The position numbers were made by a program, and so were the translations under genes. The notes beneath the pieces are model-generated. The model saw only the letters and a program-made list of their open reading frames with translations, did not search any database and was not told the origin of the DNA. This document shows, in pieces, positions 26,215-34,995 of a DNA stretch of 64,000 nt. Every line of letters starts with the position of its first letter. Positions within the stretch are counted from its first letter, which is position 1. The stretch is from a candidate division WOR-3 bacterium (GTDB lineage: Bacteria; Hydrothermota; Tepidihabitantia; B3-TA06), in the NCBI GenBank assembly GCA_965649265.1, contig CBFGKC010000005.1:1-64000 (forward strand), given 5' to 3'.

Positions 26215-28455
26215 TTAAAAACTGAAAGAGAGCTTTACTTCCAGGCTTCTTGCAGGAATCGGACCCGGAGTGCAGGCCTCGTAGAAATCGAGCGCCCTCT
26301 TATACGCGCTCACCTCTTCCCCGGCCGTGATGTACCCGTCGTGGTTTAAGTCCCTGGAGGGGTGATACTTTGATTCTCCGAGATAAACGCGATCCGGATA
26401 ATCGTTCTCTGATGGATGCGCCGGGTCTGCGACCTTTCCGAAAACCGGCCCTGTCCAGCCGAAGGGATTAAGCAAAGTCACTTCGACGGAAGGACGAAAG
26501 ACGCCGAACGTAAAGGTTCTGCCCAGAGAGAACTCCAGCCATACCCACCACGGCATGTTGTCCTGGCCCTCCTCCTCGGGGAATCCTGAAGCGAGAGCGG
26601 CTCTGGGAGAGAAGGACCATTCCCTGAATAAAAACGGGAATTCCACAGGTGTCTGGAAACGTGTGTTGAGAACGATCTTGTGCCTTGAATCAAAAGGCGT
26701 ACGGTCCAACGTGTCGGTCGTGGAAGCGCCGTTAACGAGGTTTTCGTAATCTTCAAAGACACCCTGGCTCGTCGATTTGCTCGATGAAAATCTGTACGAG
26801 AGATCCAGCGAGCCCCACTCGGAGTAGTAACCTATCCAGGGCATTGCGGTAACGCAGACGCCGTTCGCGTCGAGATAGATTCCCGCCGCAGGAGACAGGG
26901 TATCGAGAGAGTCGCCTGAATGAATAAGTTTAGCGCCAGGGGTTTTGTAGCTTACGTTTGAAGAAAGATCGAAGCCCATATGCCAGTTACCGGAGATCCT
27001 TCTTTGAGCGGTTACCCATGTGCGCCACGCCCTTTCCGGAGAGGCCTTGACCTTGGGAAATAAAAGAATCGTGTCCGTCCGCGATGTATCCCCGTTATTA
27101 TCCAGAAACCACGCATAGGGCAAAACGCCTGCGGCCAGATCGGAGCCTGCGTAGATGTCAATATCCCACAGAGACGTAGAAGCCGTAACTCGCGGCATCA
27201 AGGAAAGCTTGATATCCAGGGTATCATCATCAATAAGAGTATCCTTTCTTTCTGTTTCCATGTATATGAATCCCAGCCCGGGCTCAATCCATGATTCGCC
27301 AAGATGCAGCCTGTCCGCCAGATAGAAATCGCCGAATCTGGGCGTATACTGGAATTCGTCGGTGAGAATCCTCGTTTGTTCCATATGGATCGATCCGGAT
27401 ATGAAGTCGTATCCCGTAAAGGACAAAAACCCTCGAAGCTCATTAATATCCCCTGCGAAAAAGTTCGCCGACGCCCTCGCGCAATTGGCCACTGAACTTC
27501 GTTCGGTGATTCTGGGATTCGTTCCTTGCGAATAGAAAAGACCCTCCACGCCGAATGGATTTTCGGTATTAAGCGCCGCGTGAGGCGAAGTCGTATCCTG
27601 TGTGACAAAACCCGTAAACAGAGGCATTTCGTCGCCTTCTCTTCCGCCCCGCCACAGATACCCCGAGTATCTTGAAAGCGTCATTCTCAGATCGATGGCT
27701 TTTTTGTCGTAAATGAAATCAAAATACAAGAGATTGGCGCTGGTGTAGCTCGCGGTAGAGGAAAGAGGATTGAAAAACCATTCAGGTGAATAGATATCCC
27801 TTTGATTGAGGGAACTTGCGTATCCTATCCGGGCGCACAAACCCTCGGAGGGAACAACAGTAGCCGTTGCCGCGTATGTGTAGGCCGAGAGCCCGGTGCG
27901 AATGTCCGCTGAGGACGATTTCAGGTTGTAGTAAGGCCTCTCCTGCCATCGCATCAACGCACCATCCGCTGAAACGGTCAGTTTTTCCCCGAGCGGAACG
28001 TCCACGGATAAATCCGCCTGACCGTTCTTTGCGTCGGGAATAAAAAAAGGCGATGTCGTGTTGAAGTTGATATAAAGTTGCCGGTCACGCGCGTCCCTCT
28101 GCGCAAAATTCACATTAGGGGCAACGCTTCCGCTCTGTCTTTCGAGCAAGGCCTCTCCGCACATAGCCGACGGCAGAAACAAAGACAATTCGGAGGTTTG
28201 TGGATCTGTGAGCGGAATGCCGTTAAGTGTAATCCTGGTCTCATCAGGTCTGAAGCCCGCGAGTGTAATGGATTCTCCTTTGACGGTAAAATCTGGCAGC
28301 AGCCACGCCGAGCGAATCCGCGCCTGGGGATCAGCCGATACAAGACCGGGTAACAGATCGCTGTATGGAAATACACGGCCTGATTTTAGAAAAAGCACAG
28401 TATCTTTTTCAGGGATTTGGGCCAGCAACCCGAGAAAGACCAGCCAGTTAAACAT
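26215..28455 (-). CDS. Divergent TonB-dependent-receptor-like outer-membrane beta-barrel protein
   Basis: Plug-like segment (LAGFRPDETRITLNGIPLTDP), amphipathic strands, C-terminal RSLEVKLSFSF, and an EF-hand-like DLNHDGYITAGE. Confidence 0.65.
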   Translation of the reverse strand: MFNWLVFLGLLAQIPEKDTVLFLKSGRVFPYSDLLPGLVSADPQARIRSAWLLPDFTVKGESITLAGFRPDETRITLNGIPLTDPQTSELSLFLPSAMCGEALLERQSGSVAPNVNFAQRDARDRQLYINFNTTSPFFIPDAKNGQADLSVDVPLGEKLTVSADGALMRWQERPYYNLKSSSADIRTGLSAYTYAATATVVPSEGLCARIGYASSLNQRDIYSPEWFFNPLSSTASYTSANLLYFDFIYDKKAIDLRMTLSRYSGYLWRGGREGDEMPLFTGFVTQDTTSPHAALNTENPFGVEGLFYSQGTNPRITERSSVANCARASANFFAGDINELRGFLSFTGYDFISGSIHMEQTRILTDEFQYTPRFGDFYLADRLHLGESWIEPGLGFIYMETERKDTLIDDDTLDIKLSLMPRVTASTSLWDIDIYAGSDLAAGVLPYAWFLDNNGDTSRTDTILLFPKVKASPERAWRTWVTAQRRISGNWHMGFDLSSNVSYKTPGAKLIHSGDSLDTLSPAAGIYLDANGVCVTAMPWIGYYSEWGSLDLSYRFSSSKSTSQGVFEDYENLVNGASTTDTLDRTPFDSRHKIVLNTRFQTPVEFPFLFREWSFSPRAALASGFPEEEGQDNMPWWVWLEFSLGRTFTFGVFRPSVEVTLLNPFGWTGPVFGKVADPAHPSENDYPDRVYLGESKYHPSRDLNHDGYITAGEEVSAYKRALDFYEACTPGPIPARSLEVKLSFSF

Positions 28456-28460
28456 ATTAT

Positions 28461-28488
28461 AGCTTAGCCTGAATCAACTGGATGTCAA
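28461..28488 (-). promoter_or_regulatory. sigma70-type promoter (probably leaderless)
   Basis: Minus strand TTGACA-16nt-TAAGCT; ATG 5 nt downstream. Confidence 0.55.
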
Positions 28489-28595
28489 GACGACACTTGC
28501 ATCCTTGGGGTGAATGTCGCGGGATTGCAACTGCCGGCTGCGATGCTTGCCTTTGATTGAAGCCTGGCCTCTGAAATATACTCTTTGTGGAGATT

Positions 28596-29537
28596 TTACC
28601 GGGAGGCTCGCTTGCTCTTGATTCGTTCCGCGACTCGCCAGGCGATTATCAACTGGGCCAGACCGATCTCGTCAACCGTTTTGAGCGCTCGTGGGAGAAC
28701 CAAGGCATTCGCTTTACCGGCGAGTGTCGCTATTCTTTGTTCAACCTCAACGAGCATATCCCTTGAGATGAAACCGTTGATTTCGATTCTGCTTTTCGGT
28801 TTTTTTCCTCTGAGATCCTTGCGGTACTCGAAATAAAGCTCCTCGGCCTGGGTATGGCACATTCTCGACAAATTCAACGGAAGGTGTATATCAGAAAGTC
28901 TTTCATCGGTAATCTTCTGCAGCAGTCTTATCCAGTAAGGTGACCCCTTGCCGAAATGTGACCGGGATAACTCCTCTTTTATTTGAACTACGATCTCCGC
29001 GCTGCTGCGCTGAGGTTCAATCCATCGCCGGTAGTCGGGCTGGCGCTCAGCGATGGAGGCGAGAACCGACTTCTTTGAGTGACCGCGCTCCTCTACGTCT
29101 CTTTTTATCTTCCACGCTTCCTTGACTTGTTTGTCAGGATCTATGTAGATGGAAAAATCCCAAAGCGCTCTCAATTGCCTGGTATAGAAGGGGAGAAGAC
29201 CTTCAAGAATGACCACCAGCCCGGGTGTGAATTTTTCCGGCGGCCGGAAGGTTCCGTCGGAGTGATCGTAACACGGTTTCATTATGCTCAGGCCTTGCCT
29301 GAGCATCCCAGCGTGCCTTGCAAGAGCGTCGAGATCGTTTGCCTTTGGATTCAGGGCGGTTAACCCGCGCCTCTGGCGCTCCTTTCGGTCAAAAAGGTGA
29401 TAGTCGTCGAGGGATATCGTGGAAACCCTTCTCTCGCCGAAAAGATGCCTGATACCATGAGCAAAAGTGGATTTGCCCGAGCCGGAATCGCCGGCTATTG
29501 CGACGAGAAAGGGGGGAGGGGGGGCAGCTTTCACCAC
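28596..29537 (-). CDS. prk: Phosphoribulokinase (archaeal/RHP-type sequence features)
   Basis: AGDSGSGKST, LDDYH..DR.ER..GLTALNPKAND, KPCYDHSDGTF..PE, EGL, DFSIYIDP, WKIKRDVEERGH, RQPDY..IEPQR..A; overlaps the RuBisCO stop codon. Confidence 0.88.
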   Translation of the reverse strand: MVKAAPPPPFLVAIAGDSGSGKSTFAHGIRHLFGERRVSTISLDDYHLFDRKERQRRGLTALNPKANDLDALARHAGMLRQGLSIMKPCYDHSDGTFRPPEKFTPGLVVILEGLLPFYTRQLRALWDFSIYIDPDKQVKEAWKIKRDVEERGHSKKSVLASIAERQPDYRRWIEPQRSSAEIVVQIKEELSRSHFGKGSPYWIRLLQKITDERLSDIHLPLNLSRMCHTQAEELYFEYRKDLRGKKPKSRIEINGFISRDMLVEVEQRIATLAGKANALVLPRALKTVDEIGLAQLIIAWRVAERIKSKRASR

Positions 29538-30796
29538 TGCTTGTGTCCCCAGATTTCGTACGCGGCACCCACGTCTGCGTCCCTTGCGGCAAGTGCTTCT
29601 ATGGATTCTCCCTTGAGCGCGGCGTCAATAACCTTGCGTGTCGTTCTTGCGCCTGCCCTCGTCCCCCCGGGGTGGCCGTGAATACCCCCACCTTGCATGA
29701 TGGCGACGTCGATTCCGAACGCCTCGAGAAGCGCCGGGATCAAAAACGGATGCAGCCCGCCTGATGCGACTGAAAGAACCGGCTTTAACGGACGCCAGTC
29801 CTGTTTTAGCATGACGCCGTCCGCTGCGGTTTCGTCCTTGTTCATATCGGCGTGAATCCTTTGAACCTCCTCTCTTGATCCCTCCATCTTGCCGACGATT
29901 GTGCCGATATGGAGTTGATCGACGCCGGCAAGCCTGGCCAGTTTTGAAAAGCACGCAGTGCTCATGCCGTGCTCGGGAATCCGGGTGAAAGCTGCGTATC
30001 CTGCCCTGTGCGCATGAATCGCCAGCCCTTCCGTGTGTTTCCGGAGCGACTGAACCGCCGACCACCCGGCCGTGACCACGTCAATCATTACGTACTTCGC
30101 GCCGGCCTTCTTCGCCAGCTCAACTCTTTTGACCATCTCATCGGCAGGCGCGGTGACGTTAGGCAGATAACCCTTTTTCTCTCCGGTTTCACGCTGCGCC
30201 CTATCCTGAGCCTTGAGCGACAGTTCAAGTCTTTTCTCGAACCGGTTGAACTCCTGATTCGTCAGGTTTTCGTCGTCCTTCACGATATCGCATCCACCCG
30301 CCATTGCTTCGTAAAGAACGTTCGAGAACTGGTCGGGCGATAAACCCACCTTTGGTTTGACGATAGTGCCTACAACCGGCCTCCCTTTTATTTCAAGCAT
30401 CTTTTTGACACCGGACGCGCCCAGTGCCGGCCCCTGAAAGCTTTCCAGGAGCTTTGCGGGAAGGCTGAAATCTTCCAGTCGCAACTTCGCAACCGCCTTC
30501 ATACCGTAGATGTTTCCGGCAATTGACGAAAGGATCTGGGACAGGGAACCCGGTTCAAAAAGCCCCTGGGGATAAGCGATCCAGACATAGGGCGGGGACA
30601 CCTTGTAGATGTGCGGCTTAAGGGTCTCCCCTACCTCCGGAATCATCGTTGCTACGTCTGTCCAGGTTCCTATGGACGACTCACCGGCCAGCGCCCCGGC
30701 GACTTCCTCGATACTCTTTCCGGAAGAGGGTTCTACCCGGAAAACGGTTAAAAGATCCCCTCCCCCCGGTGCGTACTCGAGGTCCAGATAATCCAT
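29531..30796 (-). CDS. rbcL: Form III ribulose-1,5-bisphosphate carboxylase large subunit
   Basis: GESSIGTWT, IAGNIYGMK, GTIVKPKVGL, GGCDIVKDDENL, HAHRAG, DQLHIGT.VGKMEG, VASGGLHP, GGGIHGHPGG; 421 aa from ATG 30796 after AAGGAG; no rbcS nearby. Confidence 0.92.
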   Translation of the reverse strand: MDYLDLEYAPGGGDLLTVFRVEPSSGKSIEEVAGALAGESSIGTWTDVATMIPEVGETLKPHIYKVSPPYVWIAYPQGLFEPGSLSQILSSIAGNIYGMKAVAKLRLEDFSLPAKLLESFQGPALGASGVKKMLEIKGRPVVGTIVKPKVGLSPDQFSNVLYEAMAGGCDIVKDDENLTNQEFNRFEKRLELSLKAQDRAQRETGEKKGYLPNVTAPADEMVKRVELAKKAGAKYVMIDVVTAGWSAVQSLRKHTEGLAIHAHRAGYAAFTRIPEHGMSTACFSKLARLAGVDQLHIGTIVGKMEGSREEVQRIHADMNKDETAADGVMLKQDWRPLKPVLSVASGGLHPFLIPALLEAFGIDVAIMQGGGIHGHPGGTRAGARTTRKVIDAALKGESIEALAARDADVGAAYEIWGHKQW

Positions 30797-30823
30797 GTCA
30801 TCTCCTTTGGTTGTTGTGGTTTG

Positions 30824-30851
30824 AGTATAAGACAAAAAAGTGACCGGTCAA
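30824..30851 (-). promoter_or_regulatory. sigma70-type promoter of the rbcL-prk operon
   Basis: Minus strand TTGACC (30851-30846)-16nt-TATACT (30829-30824). Confidence 0.65.
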
Positions 30852-30900
30852 GAAACGTCACCATACCGGTCGAATCGTGGTCAAGCCCGGTTTTCGAAGA

Positions 30901-31670
30901 TTATCTTGAAATCACAATCGTCTTTAAGACACGAGTGATGTTGCCTGTCTCCAGGGTTATGAAGTACGAACCGGAGAAGGGACCGGTTTTATCCCACGGG
31001 ATCGTAGTTGTACCCCGGACAGCCTGTGCATCGTAAAGGGTCTCGACGAGCCGACCCGCAACATCCCAAATCCGCACCCTCGCCGAACCCCTGGAGGGGA
31101 TGCTGAAACTTATCTCGGAGTTTGTGATTAAAGATAATCTCGCATCATCAGTCATCGGTTCCGATTTTTCGATCCCCAGAAGAGTGCCCACGCGACCCAT
31201 GTGGCGCAAGGTCGGGTCACCGTAAAGGGCAAGGCCGTAAGTGTTTAAGAAGCCGGTCCCTAGATCCTCTTTGAAATATTCTGCCCTGGCGGCATTCCAA
31301 TCGCTGCCCCACGATACGCGCGTGTGTGCAAGAACTCCTGCGCTTGTTTCGTTAAGAAGAGCCTGTGCGAGATTAAAAAAGCTTTCTGGATAACCGTTCA
31401 GGCATGACATCAAAAAAGCCACGTTCGGGTATGAGTGATTAAGTTTCGCGGCGTCCGGGACTGAAAGCCCCAGGGGCCAGTCGAGCTCAGCGTCCTCGGA
31501 TTGACCGTCGCCGTTGTCATCGTACCAGACACATCGTGCGAATGTAGACGACGAACCTTGATTGTTCTCGACAAACACCCCCGCGTTGCTGCCGGCAAGC
31601 GCAGAAACGAGGTTTTCGTTCGTAAAGGGAATGTCGCATTTATAAGACGAGGGATCGTCACTCCCCTTTT
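30901..31670 (-). pseudogene. Truncated C25 (gingipain-like) peptidase paralogue with T9SS-type C-terminal domain
   Basis: Aligns to the C-terminal part of 31790-34048 (PSSYKCDIPFT..AGVFVENNQG..FARCVW..NVAFLMSCLNGY). Catalytic His is replaced by Gln, about 35 aa are deleted internally, and there is no signal peptide or propeptide. Confidence 0.7.
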
Positions 31671-31745
31671 GCGGGAAATTCTCCTTTTCAAGCAGTTCCG
31701 GGCACTTAAGTTACATAGAATTCCCGCCGGGTTTGGATGCGCTCT

Positions 31746-31773
31746 AAAAAAAGGCCGGGCATCGCCCGGCCTT
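31746..31773 (-). terminator. Intrinsic terminator of the C25 peptidase gene
   Basis: AAGGCCGGGC-atc-GCCCGGCCTT with an A-run on the left (U-tract on the minus strand). Confidence 0.8.
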
Positions 31774-31789
31774 GAAATCATAAATTGAA

Positions 31790-34048
31790 TTAGTTGATAA
31801 CAACCGCTTTGACGGTGCGAATAAGATTTTCAGCCTTGAGGGTGATGAAATATGAGCCCCTGGGCAGTTCGCTCTTATCCCATGAAAGAACCTCGTCGCC
31901 TGCTTTTGCGGTTCCTTGATAAAGCGTCTGTACGCGTCGCCCGGCGGCATCCCAGACCTCGACGCTTACGCTCATTGCAGTTGGCAAGCTGAAGAGTATG
32001 CGATTGTTACGATCTACGGTTAAGCTTACCGGTATCAAAGGTGTCACGTTTTCACTTACCGCCTGGAGTGGAGGTAACGTCCCGCTGCGACCCATATGCC
32101 TGATTGCCGGATCGCCGAAGATGATATGCTCGTAGGTGTTTATATACCGGCTCGTTCCGGATTCAAGGTTGTAATAATTGAGCCTGCCGGCATCGACGGC
32201 ATCGCCCAACACGTAGTCGTAGGTTTCGGATTTCTTGAGGTAATTTTCCAGAACGTAACAGTAAAGACCGTTTTGGCCGCCCTGGGACGGATTGGTCCAG
32301 CCTTGCCTGCCGAGCGCGGAACGCGTGTGAGCTACCACTGCTACGCTGCCGTAATTCAAGAGGGCTTGAGCAAGGCAGTTCGACTCCTCGGCATAGCCGT
32401 TAAGGCACGAAAGCAGAAAAGCGACATTGGGGTTGGTTGTGTTAAGTGTAAATGCATCGCTGCTTACGAGACCGTTCGGCCAGTCGAATTCGGCGTCTTC
32501 AGGCACGTTATCGCCGTCGTCCGTCGCCCAGACGCATCGCGCGAAACTGTTCTTCCAGCCGTGGTTGTTCTCGACAAAGACACCGGCGTCTGTATTCTTA
32601 AGGGTGCTTTTGAGGTTGTCTTGTGTGAGGGGGACGTCCGGAGTGTAGGCCGAAGGCATTCTTCCATCTTCTTCATAGAGGGTCTTGGCGGATGCTGCTT
32701 TTACTATCCCGTTATTCATGAGGTATTCCATGTAGTAAGCGGCATCAAAACCAGCTGCGCCCGAACCGTTCCAGTTCGGATACCAGAGGATCCCTCCGGC
32801 AAGAACCGAAGTCTGCTTGTAAGTCGAATTGGTGCTGTTTTCGAACAACCAGGTCTTTTGTAATATCTTGGCTACGGTGCTCGGGTTGGAATTGTTGATA
32901 CGTCCGACGTGAAGTTCCATGCCGAAGTCCGGGGCGTCCTGGGGGTTCGGGAAGCCGCCGGCAGAAAGCATTTCACCGTAGTAACCATCCTTGTCGGAAT
33001 CCCATGAAGCGTTATCGGCAGCCGTCAGGTCGCCGTAATAGCAATCCGAAGGCATTGGGGCAACGTCGGCGTCGGGTGTATAGCCGTTAATGTAAGGGGA
33101 AAGAATTCGCATCGGGATATCGGTAAAGTGACCGACTATTAAAAGGTAATTGCAGTCCGTGGCGTTTTCCCTCAGCCAGTTGCGTATCTTCTGGGGAACG
33201 TCGGCCCCTTCGCTTGCTGCAACAATCTCTTCCTTGGTCACTACTTCCACATCAAAACCGGTGCTTTTGCGCCAGTAGGAGTAGCGACTTGTGGAGTCCT
33301 TGAGGGCAGCCGTGGTCAGGATGAGCATTTTAGGTTTGGCAAGAAGTCTTTCTTCAGGCTTGTACCACTCCTGGACCTGAGCCTGGTTGTAAAGCCCCCG
33401 AGGTACATCGGATTCAAGGCTGCCGGCCTCGATAAGTCTTGAGATAAACTCCTGGTGTTCCTTATCTGCAGGCTGGTATGAGATGCGAATCGAAATATTT
33501 TTCGCGACTGAAAGATTGCCGCTTACAGGATCGTACGCAAAAGGATAACACGCGACTGTCACAAGGGAATACTCGCGCTGCTCGTATTTTGAGTATGTTT
33601 CACCTAAAAGATCGGAAAGAGCCTGTTTTCCCGAGTAAACCAGTTCACGGGTAACTTCATAGTCCTTGAATAACTTCTCGACGTACTCACCTGAAGCGCC
33701 GAGCGGCATATCAGGCAAGCTTGCTTCCAAAAGATACTTGCCGTCTACCGGGGAGCGTGTCCCAGTTATCTCTACGTCTTTCACGACACTACCGGGAGGC
33801 AGTACAAAGGTATATGTCGGCATTGGCAAACGTGGATAACCCGCATATGCGGTGTAACCAACTTTCTCCATTTCGATTCTGGAATAACCCTTGTCCAGGG
33901 TGGAAATTGTGAATGCGGGCGTTGTTACATTGAATACAAGGGTTCCCTCATTACTAGTAAGGGTGACACCTCTTGTCACAATCGATCCGGCGACCGTGAT
34001 TGGAAATACGGCCACAAAGAACACAATCAAGGCCACTATCTTTTTCAT
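31790..34048 (-). CDS. C25 (gingipain-like) cysteine peptidase with propeptide and T9SS-type C-terminal domain
   Basis: Signal peptide MKKIVAL; propeptide G.P.LP...LPP..YPFAYDP; YLLIVG, SDCYYGDL, VGRI, NHG and SC dyad, FGDP; VWDAAGRRV...GSYF. AAGGAG RBS; promoter TTGATT-16-TATAAT at 34166-34139. Confidence 0.88.
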   Translation of the reverse strand: MKKIVALIVFFVAVFPITVAGSIVTRGVTLTSNEGTLVFNVTTPAFTISTLDKGYSRIEMEKVGYTAYAGYPRLPMPTYTFVLPPGSVVKDVEITGTRSPVDGKYLLEASLPDMPLGASGEYVEKLFKDYEVTRELVYSGKQALSDLLGETYSKYEQREYSLVTVACYPFAYDPVSGNLSVAKNISIRISYQPADKEHQEFISRLIEAGSLESDVPRGLYNQAQVQEWYKPEERLLAKPKMLILTTAALKDSTSRYSYWRKSTGFDVEVVTKEEIVAASEGADVPQKIRNWLRENATDCNYLLIVGHFTDIPMRILSPYINGYTPDADVAPMPSDCYYGDLTAADNASWDSDKDGYYGEMLSAGGFPNPQDAPDFGMELHVGRINNSNPSTVAKILQKTWLFENSTNSTYKQTSVLAGGILWYPNWNGSGAAGFDAAYYMEYLMNNGIVKAASAKTLYEEDGRMPSAYTPDVPLTQDNLKSTLKNTDAGVFVENNHGWKNSFARCVWATDDGDNVPEDAEFDWPNGLVSSDAFTLNTTNPNVAFLLSCLNGYAEESNCLAQALLNYGSVAVVAHTRSALGRQGWTNPSQGGQNGLYCYVLENYLKKSETYDYVLGDAVDAGRLNYYNLESGTSRYINTYEHIIFGDPAIRHMGRSGTLPPLQAVSENVTPLIPVSLTVDRNNRILFSLPTAMSVSVEVWDAAGRRVQTLYQGTAKAGDEVLSWDKSELPRGSYFITLKAENLIRTVKAVVIN

Positions 34049-34433
34049 GAGCATGACTCCTTATTGTTAGCGTTCAGCGATATTCTCCTTTATAAATCGT
34101 CCAGAAATCAGGACCGTTTTCAGAAAATCACCATATGTATTATAGTCCGCAAAAAACATTAATCAAGTCCCGGTTCAGCTATCATGGGTGATAGCATCAA
34201 TAACATTCAAACCACTTCGACGTCCGAGAACCCAGGGATATCCCTTTGTCTCGATCTCGGAAACGGCCGCACTCTCTAACTTTCAATACTGTGCGGTTTA
34301 GAACATTCAAGTTATTAAAGGGAAGACGGGGCCAGCAATAACACAGATTATCACGTTTCTTTTCTTCCCATGTTGTTCTATGTTGGAGATTTCTTGAAAC
34401 TTACAAGAACCCATTAGAAAGGGATACAACACC

Positions 34434-34461
34434 TTGACAGAGGTAAATTTGCTCCTATAAT
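34434..34461 (+). promoter_or_regulatory. sigma70-type promoter
   Basis: TTGACA-16nt-TATAAT, then a GGAGG RBS. Confidence 0.7.
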
Positions 34462-34493
34462 GTGCGCCGAAAGAACATTTTCGGAGGTAGTGA

Positions 34494-34871
34494 ATGATAG
34501 AAGTTGAATGCCCGACGTGTGAAACACGTTTTATAGTCTCCGGTAAGAAGGAGGTAGGAGATAAGGTTGAATGCCCAAGTTGCGGTGAATTGCTACGTAT
34601 TACAACACTTGATCCTTTGGAAGTAGATTACTGGGATGAAGAGGAAGAGGAGGAGGAAGAAGAAGCGACTCCGGAGGAACCTATTGTTGAGGACACATCA
34701 GAGATAATTGAGGAAGAATTCACTCGAGAAGTAAATATAGAAGACGAAGAAAACGAATCCTTTGAACTACCCGAGAGAAGCCCTCTTTTTGACGATTACG
34801 ACGACGTCGAAGAAGAAGAGGAGGAGTGGGAGGAAGAAACCAATGATGAAGAGGAAGACGAGGATCGTTAA
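34494..34871 (+). CDS. LysW-like zinc-ribbon protein with long acidic tail
   Basis: ECPTC...VGDKVECPSCGELLRIT..DPLEV followed by about 78 aa rich in E/D; lacks the terminal EDWGE. Confidence 0.7.
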   Translation: MIEVECPTCETRFIVSGKKEVGDKVECPSCGELLRITTLDPLEVDYWDEEEEEEEEEATPEEPIVEDTSEIIEEEFTREVNIEDEENESFELPERSPLFDDYDDVEEEEEEWEEETNDEEEDEDR

Positions 34872-34958
34872 TTAGGACCGATCCATGAAAGCATTTTCCT
34901 TGACACTTTCCGCTCTCAGGACGATGTCATTACCTGAATAATTGAGGAAGAATGCGGC

Positions 34959-34987
34959 TTGACATCTCAGAGCTAAAAGGCTAAAAT
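34959..34987 (+). promoter_or_regulatory. sigma70-type promoter of the glmM operon (near-leaderless)
   Basis: TTGACA-17nt-TAAAAT; ATG 8 nt downstream, no SD sequence. Confidence 0.6.
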
Positions 34988-34995
34988 AACTCTAA

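Noticed and set aside
28596-29537. Uridine kinase
   Set aside because: DDYH..DR..R..G.TAL.P.AN, KP.Y.H..G and WKI.RD..ERGH are PRK-type motifs, and the context is RuBisCO.
29531-30796. Form IV RuBisCO-like protein (methionine salvage enolase)
   Set aside because: Loop-6 Lys, H294-R295, H327, E60/T65 and N123 equivalents are all present, and a PRK gene overlaps it.
30901-34054. Diversity-generating retroelement TR/VR pair between the two C25 copies
   Set aside because: Differences are not adenine-specific and no reverse transcriptase is present.
34170-34430. Riboswitch or ncRNA in the divergent intergenic gap
   Set aside because: Only a short palindrome (GCTATCA...TGATAGC) is visible; no recognisable RNA family motif.
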